DNA of 64,000 nt from a virus (IMGVR_UViG_3300028888_000061:64001-128000); one strand, 5' to 3'; shown: positions 46,502-57,707, counted from the stretch's first letter. Numbers and translations are program-made. The notes: generated by a model not told the origin, from the sequence alone.

Positions 46502-47746
46502 ATGGGTAGTTCACTTATGAGAGCAATGACGGAATACCTGGCAGAACATCTGCCTATCATAGAACTTCTTCTTGAGGAGTTCCGACTGTCCATAAAAGAC
46601 CACGCACGTGAGCTTGCGGATTCATTACAGCTTTATGGTATGGATGCCGACACTGTACGTGCAAAACTGGACATGCTTGGTATGGATGTCGGTGAACTTG
46701 AAGAGACCTGGGTTCCGTCACCACAGTTCTACAAGCTGTACAGAAGGATTATCCGTAACCGTTCTACGAGTGGTTCTGTTCAGACTCTTGTTCGTACAGG
46801 CGGACAGCTTGAGGCCAGTTACCGTACACTGGACGAGATGAATTTCTACAAGAATCTTAACGTGTACAGGGATTATCAGAACCCAACGGTCTTTGGTAAA
46901 GACGGTTACTTTTATACCGTTTATGACCCGAAGTATCCTGTCTCCTCTAATGCTCTTATTCGTAACGCTTTGCCCGCAGGATATTCTCTGTTCTTTGTCA
47001 CTCAGTTTTACGGTCACGAAGACTCTGAGATTTTTCAGTATGATACGATAATCACAAACGCTCCGCTTTACAGAGACCCATATACGGAACATCTCGACAA
47101 TGACCGTGTGTACATTTCAGACTTTCCTGATGATGCTGTAAATGAATGTGACCTTGTTTTTGATTACGTTCTTCACGAAGCTCTCCGGCTGTCAAACGTA
47201 AAGGGTATCATGCCACAACACGACATGGGATGGTCTCTTGGAGGTTTGTCTGTTCGCTCGAAAACTCTTGGAGATTTGTTCCGTGAGCGTGATGTACGTA
47301 CACAACCGAAGAACAAAACATGGGTTGAACTTCTTAACCATCAAGGTACAGGACTTGTAAATGAAGGGCAGCATTATGTTCATGCCGGTGTTGTAACTGG
47401 TGTTCAGCGTGTTCGTGAGGACGGACTTGTGATTACCGACTCTATGCAGTATCACAAGGAGATGATTGTTTCGGAACGTCAGGAGTTCGACATTCTCCAT
47501 GAAGCTGTTAATATACCTGTTCCCGATGATGACTCACGCATCTATGTTGACATTGTTGTTCCAGTTTCTCCGACGGATGTTGTTGATGTTGGTACGTTTG
47601 AAGATGTACCTACGGGTGTTATTCCGTTTTCGGTGCGTTCGACGGCAGCTTGTGTTGTTGAGTCGGATGACGATGTTGTTTCTTGTGATTTGGTTGCAGA
47701 CGTTGGTACGATTGAGTTGTCAATCTTTGAAATTCCTGAGATGTAA
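46502..47746 (+). CDS. Probable baseplate wedge protein (gp7/gpI-like)
   Basis: Directly follows the gp6-like gene; LPAGY motif. Confidence 0.5.
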   Translation: MGSSLMRAMTEYLAEHLPIIELLLEEFRLSIKDHARELADSLQLYGMDADTVRAKLDMLGMDVGELEETWVPSPQFYKLYRRIIRNRSTSGSVQTLVRTGGQLEASYRTLDEMNFYKNLNVYRDYQNPTVFGKDGYFYTVYDPKYPVSSNALIRNALPAGYSLFFVTQFYGHEDSEIFQYDTIITNAPLYRDPYTEHLDNDRVYISDFPDDAVNECDLVFDYVLHEALRLSNVKGIMPQHDMGWSLGGLSVRSKTLGDLFRERDVRTQPKNKTWVELLNHQGTGLVNEGQHYVHAGVVTGVQRVREDGLVITDSMQYHKEMIVSERQEFDILHEAVNIPVPDDDSRIYVDIVVPVSPTDVVDVGTFEDVPTGVIPFSVRSTAACVVESDDDVVSCDLVADVGTIELSIFEIPEM

Positions 47747-47748
47747 GC

Positions 47749-48258
47749 ATGAGTTCTAAGGAAAAACAAGTCGCTGTCGAAGCAGTTTATAGCATGTTTT
47801 CTTATGCAAGTTTGCATGTGTGTCTGTTTCATATCAGCAAGTTATTTGAGGGTTTTTCCGTTTCAAACTTCTCTAGGTTTTGTGACTGTCTTGAACATTA
47901 TGAGAATTATCGCTCGAATGATTCTGTTGTTATGGCAGAACTTTATACCGAGGAGCGTATTCAGCAACTTTTTTCAGACTCACGATGTTTGATGAAACCT
48001 GATGTGTTTGTATCTAACGGAATAATAACGATTTACACACACGGTGTTGGTTGGTACGTTTTCCATGATATGGGAACTTTGAAGACTGTCAGTGAATGGG
48101 CACTTCAAAAGTATGTGCAGTACGACACTTTGTTTAAGACTTGCGGCATTGACATTGACCCATACGAAGAGTTTCGGAAGTGTGTGTCAAACAAGAAGGC
48201 AGTAAATTCACGTCGCAATAAGATTTCTCGTTCTACCAAGAGAGTTTGTGATGCTTAA
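47749..48258 (+). CDS. Hypothetical protein
   Basis: Coupled ORF. Confidence 0.55.
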   Translation: MSSKEKQVAVEAVYSMFSYASLHVCLFHISKLFEGFSVSNFSRFCDCLEHYENYRSNDSVVMAELYTEERIQQLFSDSRCLMKPDVFVSNGIITIYTHGVGWYVFHDMGTLKTVSEWALQKYVQYDTLFKTCGIDIDPYEEFRKCVSNKKAVNSRRNKISRSTKRVCDA

Positions 48259-48559
48259 GATTGTTATTGAGAGTTTTGAGTTTCTTTCCGACAGTTGCAG
48301 TCGTCTTGAAGTGTTTCACTTTACAGACGGCTCTAAGAAACTCTTCTGTGTGTTTGAGTTAAATGCACTTACGTTGTCGTTTTTTAACACAGCAGACATG
48401 ATGAAGATTTACCATATTCAGATTTCATCAGAGTATGGTGTTGTTGATGACGGCTCTTTTGTCTGTACTGAGATTTCTTGTGCTTCTGACAAGGGTATGT
48501 CTGTTTGTTTCGTCCCTTATGGTGTATGCCGACAGACAAAGAGGGTATTCCATGACTGA
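48248..48559 (+). CDS. Hypothetical protein
   Basis: Coupled ORF overlapping both neighbours. Confidence 0.5.
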   Translation: MMLKIVIESFEFLSDSCSRLEVFHFTDGSKKLFCVFELNALTLSFFNTADMMKIYHIQISSEYGVVDDGSFVCTEISCASDKGMSVCFVPYGVCRQTKRVFHD

Positions 48560-49193
48560 TTCGCTTTTTGCTTCGTTTCGTAAGGCTGTGTTGGCAGGCT
48601 TGTTTATTTCGCTTGGGTGTATTGTCAATTTGATGGTCGGCGGTGCTCTCGGAGCTTTTTTGTTTTCGTTTGGATTGTTGTCTGTTGTTCTGTATGGTGT
48701 TCCGTTGTACACCGGAAAGGCAGGATTCTGTTCGACCATTGATGACCTTAAAAGACTTTGTGTTATTCTGTTAGGTAATATCGTTGGTGCGTTTCTTCTC
48801 GCTGTTTGCGTTCATTTCTGCTTTCCAGAGGTGTCTGTCGCCTCAGAAAACATCTTGTCTTCTCGTTTGTCGTCAGATGTTCCTCGTGCTGTACTTGCTT
48901 CTATTCTGTGTGGTTTTGTGATGACTACGGTTGTTCGGTTTGCACGACGAACAGAATTTTCACAAAACAATCAAAAGTATGATGGCAATTTGGTGGTTCT
49001 ACTACTTGGTATTCCATTGTTCATCTTGTCCGGGTATTGGCATAGCATTGCTGATGCTTTTTATTATTCCGTGTGTTTGACGTTCAGTGTCAAGTTACTT
49101 GTCGTTTACCTTATTACGGTTGTTGGCAACTTCATCGGATGCAATTTGTACAATCTCATTTCTGGTGGAACTGTCTTTGTCCGTGATAAATAG
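48552..49193 (+). CDS. Formate/nitrite transporter (FNT) family channel
   Basis: KAVLAGLFISLG, GAFLFSFGL, LYTGK, GNIVGA, HSIADAFY, GNFIG; about six TM helices. Confidence 0.88.
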   Translation: MTDSLFASFRKAVLAGLFISLGCIVNLMVGGALGAFLFSFGLLSVVLYGVPLYTGKAGFCSTIDDLKRLCVILLGNIVGAFLLAVCVHFCFPEVSVASENILSSRLSSDVPRAVLASILCGFVMTTVVRFARRTEFSQNNQKYDGNLVVLLLGIPLFILSGYWHSIADAFYYSVCLTFSVKLLVVYLITVVGNFIGCNLYNLISGGTVFVRDK

Positions 49194-49213
49194 TTGTATC
49201 GTGGAGAGTTTTT

Positions 49214-49498
49214 ATGATAAAAAAACGAGAGTCTAAAAAATCCTTCAAACGTGAGGGTTTGTGGGATACGTTTATCGACCACGGACATGAAATTTTACTT
49301 GCCACATCCCTATTGGATTCTGTGATAAATAAGACGATTTCCACAAAGAGACAGCTTGTCCGTGCTGAAGAGACGGGCGAGGATGAAGCTGCCTCAACTG
49401 CACTACAGCAGTATATTGACGAAATCCATGAAATTTCTGCTCGCATGGAGGATTTGGACATGATAGACCCTACATGGGAGCGTAAGCGATACCTGTAA
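49214..49498 (+). CDS. Hypothetical protein
   Basis: GGAG RBS; basic N-terminus. Confidence 0.6.
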   Translation: MIKKRESKKSFKREGLWDTFIDHGHEILLATSLLDSVINKTISTKRQLVRAEETGEDEAASTALQQYIDEIHEISARMEDLDMIDPTWERKRYL

Positions 49499-49530
49499 TC
49501 ATTTTTCTTTTTGTTAAGGAGAGATGTCGT

Positions 49531-51363
49531 ATGTTCGACCGCGTTGTTTTGTGTTCTGAAGGTAAAACTCTTCACGCAGCTTTACGTGCTAAGAATCTTG
49601 AACTTGCCAATAATGATTTGGTCAAGGTTTATCTGATAAATGAAAGCACGTTGAACAGCAGCTTTGACATGGCCGGTGTCACGGCTTCAATGATGAGCGG
49701 CGTTCCACAGCTCACGTCTGTTTTCTCGATGCAGACGGAACTTCATGTTGCGGCTTATGGTTCATCCAGTAATTCATCGGTAGGTGGTTACTATGCCGTT
49801 GTCGTGGTAAGTGGCAAGGCTTTGATTTGTGCCCGTTCTGATGAGCGTTTGATTGCTAATGAAAAATTGGCAATGACCTTTGATGTCGAAGAGACCAACG
49901 GTGTTTTGAAAGCTACTGCCGACTTTGATGGAAACATCACTCAAGGTCTTTTGAAAATGCTTGTTGGTGCCGGAGAAGTGTCAATCAAGAAACACACAGA
50001 TGATGATGCTGCCATTGGCACTTTTACTGTGAATGATTCTTCTGACACAGAGATTGACCTTGCGTTGGGTACTGCAGCTGATGCTGATGTTCTTGAGGGT
50101 TCGGCTCTTGAGTGTTTCAGTGATTCAGAGTTAATTTCTGACAACGACAAGTTGGTTAATCTCGAACAGGCTGACGATGTCGCTAAAATGCGTGCTGAAG
50201 AAGTTGCCGCTTCTATTGGCGATGGTGAGTTGACAATTAGTGCGGGTAATAACACAGTCACATTCACTGCAAACAGTGATTCTGATGCATCCCTTACGCT
50301 TGGTGAAGCGGCGAATCATGGTGTTGATTCTTCGATTACGTCAGGTACGACTTCCAACGGTCTCCCAACGTCTTCGGCTGTTGATGCTTTCGTTGGTAAA
50401 GGTGATTTGTCGATTACCGTTCATCCTAACGGTGCTGCACTTAATACGACATTCAGTGCAAATGCTTCGTCCAATGTGAACATTAACCTCGGTTTGGGCG
50501 ATGCTGCTGATAAAGATGTTGACAGTGCTGTTTCCGACAACTCGACAAACTTGCCGACCAGTGCTGCTGTTGCCACTTATGTTTCTGACCAGTTGAGCGA
50601 CCCGGACAATGTTGGTAATGGTACAATCAGTGTTTATGCCGGTTCTGCAAACAACACAGCTCTTGGGTCTTTCACCGTAAATCAGAAAGCCAATTATAAT
50701 TTGGTTCTTGGTGCAGCCGCTGAAAAGGGTGTTGACTCTTCCATTCCTACTACAAATGTTTCGACAAACTTGCCGACCAGTGAAGCGGTTGTTGACTATG
50801 TTGGTAAAGCAAATCTTACTATTAAGAAGCATACGTCAGACAACAGTCCTGTCGGTACATTTAGTGCGAATGCACAGACAGATGTTGCTGTTGACCTCGC
50901 ATTGGGTACGGCTGCCGACAAGGATGCTTTGCTCGATAACAATCTGACGGATGTCACGAATCACGGTGATGACCTTACGTCACTTTCACAGGTGAAGACG
51001 TTAGTAGAGCAGGCCACTGCTGTGAACGCTCTTGCACCTGCCGACGCTGCTGTACAAGAAATCACACCGGCAGTTGGTCAGATGATGTGGCTTGCAATCA
51101 ACTTCTCTGGTCAGGTTGGTATCGTGGATTTCACAACCGCCGCTGTCCAGTCTTCGACGCCTTCTTGGAATGGAACAACGACTTCTGCGACAGATGCTTA
51201 TCTTGCTGAAATCGTAGACAATGCCGGTGACTTCCGTGCTACACAGAATCGCATAATTGCCGGTTGTACGTTCCGTACTCTGAACGCTATGGATTCAACA
51301 GGTATGACAAGTCCTTCTTATGGATTTGCTCTTTGTGTTTGTACAGCAGTTCCAGAACCGTAA
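49531..51363 (+). CDS. Tail fibre-like protein with internal repeats
   Basis: Repeated LG.AA.K.VDS...NLPTS.AV / G.FT.N units; N-terminus paralogous to 51534 (ADFDG..TQGLL). Confidence 0.7.
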   Translation: MFDRVVLCSEGKTLHAALRAKNLELANNDLVKVYLINESTLNSSFDMAGVTASMMSGVPQLTSVFSMQTELHVAAYGSSSNSSVGGYYAVVVVSGKALICARSDERLIANEKLAMTFDVEETNGVLKATADFDGNITQGLLKMLVGAGEVSIKKHTDDDAAIGTFTVNDSSDTEIDLALGTAADADVLEGSALECFSDSELISDNDKLVNLEQADDVAKMRAEEVAASIGDGELTISAGNNTVTFTANSDSDASLTLGEAANHGVDSSITSGTTSNGLPTSSAVDAFVGKGDLSITVHPNGAALNTTFSANASSNVNINLGLGDAADKDVDSAVSDNSTNLPTSAAVATYVSDQLSDPDNVGNGTISVYAGSANNTALGSFTVNQKANYNLVLGAAAEKGVDSSIPTTNVSTNLPTSEAVVDYVGKANLTIKKHTSDNSPVGTFSANAQTDVAVDLALGTAADKDALLDNNLTDVTNHGDDLTSLSQVKTLVEQATAVNALAPADAAVQEITPAVGQMMWLAINFSGQVGIVDFTTAAVQSSTPSWNGTTTSATDAYLAEIVDNAGDFRATQNRIIAGCTFRTLNAMDSTGMTSPSYGFALCVCTAVPEP

Positions 51364-51383
51364 GCGTATTCTTGTTTGTGTTT

Positions 51384-51414
51384 AAAAAGGGACACTGTTC
51401 AGTGTCCCTTTTTT
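51384..51414 (+). terminator. Intrinsic terminator
   Basis: AAAAAGGGACACTG-TT-CAGTGTCCCTTTTTT. Confidence 0.75.
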
Positions 51415-51533
51415 GTTTTCTGCTTTGGTTTAAATCTCTATCAAAGCTAAGAGCTATCTATATCTTTGGGTAGTTTTAACTTTGTTTCTAACGAAGATTT
51501 CTTACATACTCTATATGTACAGGAGACCGTCTT

Positions 51534-54500
51534 ATGGCATTTGACTTATGTGTAATACCTGTATCAACAGTTCCGTACCTGTCTGCATTACAGACCCGTC
51601 AGTTTTCGATGACGGAGATAACAGCTCATCTCGTTTCTGAAAAACTGACTCGTGAGCAGTGTCGTTCGATGACGCCTGAGACGTTTTCTGCTTCTTATGG
51701 TTCTTCAGCTTATGCACTGCATGTTCGTAGTTCGGTTTCGTCCGAGATAAACCTTGCCCTCACATCGTCTGCTAATGACAACGCTCCGACAGGGTATTCC
51801 GTCGTCATTCAGGGTTATCTTGTTTCTCAGGAGCAGCAGGTGGTTCTTGGCGTGTGCGTCTCTGATGAACCCATTGTGGCTGACATATCGTTGCGTTTGT
51901 TCGTGAATATCGAGGAAACGAATAATGTTTTTCGTTTGAGTGCTGACTTTGACGGTATGGTCACCCAGGGTCTTTTGGACGATATTCTTGAGACGTATGT
52001 CACGACTGATACAGACCAAGACATAACAGGCGAAAAAACATTTACAGAAAGCAGTCTGAAAATCGGTTCTGACACGATTAAGCATTATTCGTTCAAGCAT
52101 GGTCAGGAATTTGTCATCGGCACACAGACTGCTTCAACAAATGCATGGACAGGTGTGTCTGTACAGGATGCATTGTATGACGGCATGTGCATCAATTTCT
52201 ATCTTCCGTATGCAGGAACTACCGATGCTGCTACGTTGACACTCACGATGGCTAACGGAAGCACAACGGCTGCAATCCCTATTAAGTATCGTGGTAACAA
52301 TAACGTCACTACAACGTTCCCCGTCGGTTCAATCATTCAGCTTACATACTGTGAGAACAAAACGATAGGTAGTAATACCATCACAGGATGGTTTGCCGAT
52401 TCAAACTACGTGGCATCTATTACGGTTTCCTATGAACGCAATCGTATCGGCGGTCGTGTGGTTGCCGGGAGTACAGGTCTTTATGCTTTTCAGCCGAGTC
52501 TTCTGGTTGACCGTGACGGTAATAAATACGTATCCATTACGACATCAAGCACAGCACATGCTTCCGGGACTCCAAAGACGTGTACTACATTGGGATTTTA
52601 CCCAGAAAGTATCCTCACCAGTGATACATCTTATGCTAGTGGGAGTATTGCGGTTGCCAATAAGATTTGGCGTACATACACTTTAACCGTGAATCAGTGT
52701 TTCGGCACAGCCTCATTGACAGCTTCCAGACCTGTGTATCTTGTCTGCACGTTTAACCGTAATGATGGAAAGTTCTACCTCGACACAGCACAGTGGTGGT
52801 CACAGACGATTCCTCAACAGGAAAATGGAAAGTTGTACATTTTCCTCGGCATTACGGCAACCGCAACAGCGTTCACATTGGACTCCATTCATCCAATTCT
52901 CTGCTATAAAGACGGTCGTGTTCAGGAAGTTACGTATGCTTCATTGGTCACAAATGACCGAATTGATGCAATAGAGGAGTCGATACCTCAGAATCTTTCA
53001 GACCTTGAGGATGACCTCGGTGTTCTTACTGAGCATCAGTCGTTGGCTGCATACCCGACAAGCGCATCGTACAATTCTTCTACGAAAAAGATTACGTTCA
53101 AGAATGCGAGCAATACAGCACTTCCAAACATGGAAATCGACGCCACGGATTTCATTAAGGACGGCATGGTAAGTGATGTAGCAATCCAGAATGACAATCT
53201 TGTTGTGTCGTTCAATACGGATGCAGGAAAAGAAGATATCTCCATACCTCTGTCCAGTATCTTTGACCCCAGTAATTATTACACGAAAACACAGACCGAT
53301 ACACAGATAAGTAATGCGATTGACGCTCTCGGTGAGGCCGCAGAATATGACGTTGACCCGTTCCCAATCACGGATGCATCATCCGGAAATCTCGTCACGA
53401 CTATTTCCATGACTCAGTGGGTTCGCAGTCAGAATTATGCAAAGATAACAGACCTTCCTACAGTCAATAACGCAGCTCTTACCATCCAGAGAAATGGTGC
53501 TACGATTGCGACCTTTACAGCTAATGCTTCAAGCGGTGTTACTGCTGATATTTCTGTACCGGAGAACACGAGTGACCTTGAGAACGATTCTGGATTTGTT
53601 TCTGAAAGTGATTTGGGGGATGCGGCTTTCCGAAGTGTCGATACAAGTATCGTAAACGCATCATCAGGAAATCTTCCAACAGTGGAAGCCGTGACAGGGT
53701 GGGTTTCGTCGCAGCTTGATGGTTATGCACAGTCTGATGATATTCCTACCGTAGGAAATGCCACCATTACGATACAGAAACGCTCTGGTACGAGTGCAGG
53801 TAACTTCACAACAAATGCCACAGCAAACAAGACCATCAATTTGAGTCTCGGAGCTGCCGCAGACAAAGCCGTAGACACGTCCATCTCCAACACGTCTTCG
53901 ACAAATCTCCCAACGACTTCCGCTGTTGCAACTTGGGTGAACTCTCAGACTGGCAATTTCGTAACTCTTAATACTCAGCAGACAATCACCGCACGGAAGA
54001 CTTTAAACTCAGGTGATTATAATGCGTATCTTAATGCCTCTAATATTACTGTTGAATATTCGCCATCCTCTGGGCATACAGCAACGGCTTCGTTGCTTCC
54101 GACAGGTCTTTCTGTTGATGGTGTTCATTTTCTGAACAGCTACGGTCGTGCCGGTGATAACTTCCTGGTTGCGTCTGTTGAAGGTACGCATGGATTCTCG
54201 GAACTTACAGTTAATGGAGGTCTTGGCTTCACGTTCTGCAATAAGGGAATAAACGATGAGGATTACAGCTATCCTCTTCGGATAAACGCAAACGATACGA
54301 CCTTTGACGAAAATCAGTCTCTTTATTTGGCACGTGATACGAATACGTACCTTCGTGTCTCTGACACGATTACTGATTTCGAGGTCTCACTTGATGACGA
54401 TAATTCGCCTACACAGTTATGGTTTAAACCTGGTCATGTTTACTATGGTGTTGTTATAACATCACATACGTCTGTCGGCGTGATTCAGTCTTCACAGACT

Positions 54501-57500
54501 ACGCTTGCGTCTCCAACCAATCCACCCTCGTCATTTTTGAATGCCGTTACGCAGAATGGAATAAATGATTACGGTTTCTATGCTGAACATAATAGCAATA
54601 ATGAACCCACAACGATAGGTTTCTGGGTTTCCGTTATGTCGAACTCAAGAGAGTTCGTATATGTGTTCCCATTCTATTCCTACAATATTCCTTATGAGTT
54701 CGACAGTTATACAACAGGTCAGCAGGGTCAGGGTCACAGAGTCTTGGTGAAGAACTCAAGTGGTGTGTACACCCTGTCTAATGATGGGTTTGTCCTTAGA
54801 CAGCGTACAACCATGTCCATTAAGGATTACGTTGACAGACTTGTAAATACAGGCTCAGGCGGCGATGAAGTTCAGAATCCAATGTTCGTTGTTCAGTCTC
54901 AAGGTACAACAGTCGTATCCTCTTTGAGCAATTTGAGTGATTATCGTACACAGAGGGTTAATGATTCCGATAATCCGCATTACAAACCGAATGATTTTTC
55001 GGTTAGAATCGATGTTCCGTCTGTTCCTGCTAATGGGTCGTCGTATGAGGTTTACATTCAGAATACCACGTATATTGGAAGTATTGTGGTGGCCTGTAAT
55101 GGTTCTCATTACGGTTACCCGATTTATTTCCGTGGAGAAACCAACCTTCACTGTCCAACCGTACCTGGCGGAAGTGTGATACGTCTTACGCTGTACAACA
55201 ACGCATTTTACGGTGATTTCTATGATCTTGCTGATTTTGGTGATGAACATGAGGCGTATGTTTATGTCGGAAGAGTCCCTGTAAATCTCTCAGATTATGA
55301 TCTCAGTAACTTTTCTGGTCTTATTGGCATGGACAAAGCGACTGGGAAATATGCACAGTTGTTTGATGTATCTGTCACACAGAATGGTGCGTCTGTTAAT
55401 TCACCTGAATTGAAGAAAGGTACGCCGATTTATGTGTGTTTCTATGGAGAATGCTTTGCTGCACATCCAAAAGTCCCGTTCGGAAACATCCTTCGGATTT
55501 TCGATTCATACTATGTACGTGAGGCGATTTCTACCGACAAACTTCCTTTTACATTTTATCCGTTTACCTCTGGCGATACGGTTGATGCACATGTCGTGAC
55601 TAATCCGAACAGCACACAGGGTTATAAGTATTTCCACATGGATAATTGCCCGGTTTACATTTCTTCTGTTGCGAATCGGGTTTTATTGGGCAATCCTCCT
55701 GAGTCTGAGAATGCACGTCTGATTGGATTTCTCTGTAAAGGTGCTGAAAATTCTGGACTGCTTCATCTTGTGGATAACGATGATGTGTTTTATGTGTCGG
55801 ACGACGATTACTCCAAGACTTTTGCAGGTGTTTGGGATTACAATACAGTCGATTCAGAGACCTACGCTTTGTCTGGTGTGAGTACTTTCGCCAAGTTGTC
55901 AGATGCATCGGATAATGTACTGGTAGGTCTGTCAAAGAACTCTTCCAAACTGGTTCCGTTACTTGTGTACGATGCCTGCGGTGGCGACTTGATGATAAAC
56001 GCAGACCTTGACTGGGATTCGCCTGTTTATGCGCTTTTTGAGGGATTCAGGTGCTTCTCTGCACATCCTCTGGTCGATTTCAGACAAGTTCTTAAATATA
56101 ACAGCGGTTCTTTCATGTTCACGTTTTCTCCCATGAGTTCCGAGACACCCAGTGTTGCTTATGGTAATGACGGAAATCAGTATTTCGGAAGTGCTAATTA
56201 TCCTGTGTTTATTAGTGATTTTTATGGCGGTTATGAAGGTTATAAGAGTTTCTGTGTCGGTATACCTTCCGATGTGAATATTCCGTCCTCGGATATTCAC
56301 TGGCGGTTGCTTGGTTATACGACAAGCACGCCCGGCTACATTCGTCTGGTTGAATCACATCCGTTCCTTAAAGATTTCATTCATCAGACAGGCGGGTATG
56401 TCAAACTGTCGAAGTTCACAGACACATTTTACGATGCATCCATCGGTAATTACGTAACCCCTTCGCAGTATGTGGATTATTTCAGAACGAACAACGGGTT
56501 ATCTCTAAGTGATGCTGTGAATGAACTTGTGTCGAACTATGGCGATACAGTTTTCCACCTTAAGGACTTGGATTCATCGTCAATTTACGCATCAGAGTCG
56601 GATGGAGAGGTGTTTGTTTCCTTGCCGTACATAACAACGGTTGAGTTTAAGAACAGAATGTCTTTCAGAATTTCGTCGGGTGAGGTTTCATACATTGACC
56701 ACTATGGTGTGTATCATGGTAAGGCTACAAGTGCCGATTCAGCAACCACATCGACATCTTCAACGTATGCCAGATATTTAAGGTATGCTTCAACAAATGT
56801 GTTGATTGCTGCAAGTACAAGTGTTGTTACAAGTAATGCAACCATCCGACCGGTTGCATCGAATTCAAGTCTGAATCTTGGTACAAGTGCGTACAAATGG
56901 GGTACTGTCTATGCTACCTATCTCGGCGACCTGTCTTACCCATTGACTTCTTCATATTCGACATCACTTTATTGTACGAATGTGTATTCGAGTGGGTCTT
57001 CGTCTGTACAGTGCTTTACATTAGGAACAAATTCGTCTTATGCGAATGACATTTCTATTCCAGGAACGGACTCAGATGGAAGTCGTGGGTATTTGCATCC
57101 TTCTGTTGATTATGGTGCAGACCTTGGAAGTAGTGCTAGATGTTTCAACAAAGTCTGGACAAAAGACATCAAGGCTTATGGCACCATTTATGGCAATCTT
57201 GATGGTACGGACGGCAATATTACCGTACCAACTAATTTTATAACAGTTGGCACTACCAGTTTGTCGTTTAGAGTCTGGACTACTTCTGGAACTGGTGGAT
57301 TTTCAACGGGTTCGTTTAATATTCCAACAAGTGCGAGTATTGGAAATGTTGCTCATTGGGCGAAACTTAGACAGATTGTTTCTGGCATTATTTCGAGGTC
57401 AAGTGGTACCGCACCGAATTCGACTGATTCTTCACATGGTATTGGTTCTATAAGAATCGCCGCTATGTATAGAGCTACTTCTGATACCTCATCACAGATT

Positions 57501-57707
57501 GATACCAACCTATATAATGGATTCCTTGTTGGTGGTGCTAATTTAAGACAAATTGCACTTTACTCAAGTTCCACAAATGTTAAATGTCAGTATGTTTCTC
57601 AAACATTATCAACTGGGTCTTGGGTATGTTTAATGCCATTAACAAACAATTCAATGTCTTCTGGCACTACATCATATCCAATAGGTTTGTTTGTTCGTAT
57701 TGCGTAA
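51534..57707 (+). CDS. Long tail fibre / receptor-binding protein (2057 aa)
   Basis: DTDQDITGEKTF and TQQTITARKT fibre motifs, SDLEND repeats, NLGTSAYKW/DLGSSA..F motifs, C-terminal GLFVRIA; followed by a chaperone gene. Confidence 0.85.
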   Translation: MAFDLCVIPVSTVPYLSALQTRQFSMTEITAHLVSEKLTREQCRSMTPETFSASYGSSAYALHVRSSVSSEINLALTSSANDNAPTGYSVVIQGYLVSQEQQVVLGVCVSDEPIVADISLRLFVNIEETNNVFRLSADFDGMVTQGLLDDILETYVTTDTDQDITGEKTFTESSLKIGSDTIKHYSFKHGQEFVIGTQTASTNAWTGVSVQDALYDGMCINFYLPYAGTTDAATLTLTMANGSTTAAIPIKYRGNNNVTTTFPVGSIIQLTYCENKTIGSNTITGWFADSNYVASITVSYERNRIGGRVVAGSTGLYAFQPSLLVDRDGNKYVSITTSSTAHASGTPKTCTTLGFYPESILTSDTSYASGSIAVANKIWRTYTLTVNQCFGTASLTASRPVYLVCTFNRNDGKFYLDTAQWWSQTIPQQENGKLYIFLGITATATAFTLDSIHPILCYKDGRVQEVTYASLVTNDRIDAIEESIPQNLSDLEDDLGVLTEHQSLAAYPTSASYNSSTKKITFKNASNTALPNMEIDATDFIKDGMVSDVAIQNDNLVVSFNTDAGKEDISIPLSSIFDPSNYYTKTQTDTQISNAIDALGEAAEYDVDPFPITDASSGNLVTTISMTQWVRSQNYAKITDLPTVNNAALTIQRNGATIATFTANASSGVTADISVPENTSDLENDSGFVSESDLGDAAFRSVDTSIVNASSGNLPTVEAVTGWVSSQLDGYAQSDDIPTVGNATITIQKRSGTSAGNFTTNATANKTINLSLGAAADKAVDTSISNTSSTNLPTTSAVATWVNSQTGNFVTLNTQQTITARKTLNSGDYNAYLNASNITVEYSPSSGHTATASLLPTGLSVDGVHFLNSYGRAGDNFLVASVEGTHGFSELTVNGGLGFTFCNKGINDEDYSYPLRINANDTTFDENQSLYLARDTNTYLRVSDTITDFEVSLDDDNSPTQLWFKPGHVYYGVVITSHTSVGVIQSSQTTLASPTNPPSSFLNAVTQNGINDYGFYAEHNSNNEPTTIGFWVSVMSNSREFVYVFPFYSYNIPYEFDSYTTGQQGQGHRVLVKNSSGVYTLSNDGFVLRQRTTMSIKDYVDRLVNTGSGGDEVQNPMFVVQSQGTTVVSSLSNLSDYRTQRVNDSDNPHYKPNDFSVRIDVPSVPANGSSYEVYIQNTTYIGSIVVACNGSHYGYPIYFRGETNLHCPTVPGGSVIRLTLYNNAFYGDFYDLADFGDEHEAYVYVGRVPVNLSDYDLSNFSGLIGMDKATGKYAQLFDVSVTQNGASVNSPELKKGTPIYVCFYGECFAAHPKVPFGNILRIFDSYYVREAISTDKLPFTFYPFTSGDTVDAHVVTNPNSTQGYKYFHMDNCPVYISSVANRVLLGNPPESENARLIGFLCKGAENSGLLHLVDNDDVFYVSDDDYSKTFAGVWDYNTVDSETYALSGVSTFAKLSDASDNVLVGLSKNSSKLVPLLVYDACGGDLMINADLDWDSPVYALFEGFRCFSAHPLVDFRQVLKYNSGSFMFTFSPMSSETPSVAYGNDGNQYFGSANYPVFISDFYGGYEGYKSFCVGIPSDVNIPSSDIHWRLLGYTTSTPGYIRLVESHPFLKDFIHQTGGYVKLSKFTDTFYDASIGNYVTPSQYVDYFRTNNGLSLSDAVNELVSNYGDTVFHLKDLDSSSIYASESDGEVFVSLPYITTVEFKNRMSFRISSGEVSYIDHYGVYHGKATSADSATTSTSSTYARYLRYASTNVLIAASTSVVTSNATIRPVASNSSLNLGTSAYKWGTVYATYLGDLSYPLTSSYSTSLYCTNVYSSGSSSVQCFTLGTNSSYANDISIPGTDSDGSRGYLHPSVDYGADLGSSARCFNKVWTKDIKAYGTIYGNLDGTDGNITVPTNFITVGTTSLSFRVWTTSGTGGFSTGSFNIPTSASIGNVAHWAKLRQIVSGIISRSSGTAPNSTDSSHGIGSIRIAAMYRATSDTSSQIDTNLYNGFLVGGANLRQIALYSSSTNVKCQYVSQTLSTGSWVCLMPLTNNSMSSGTTSYPIGLFVRIA

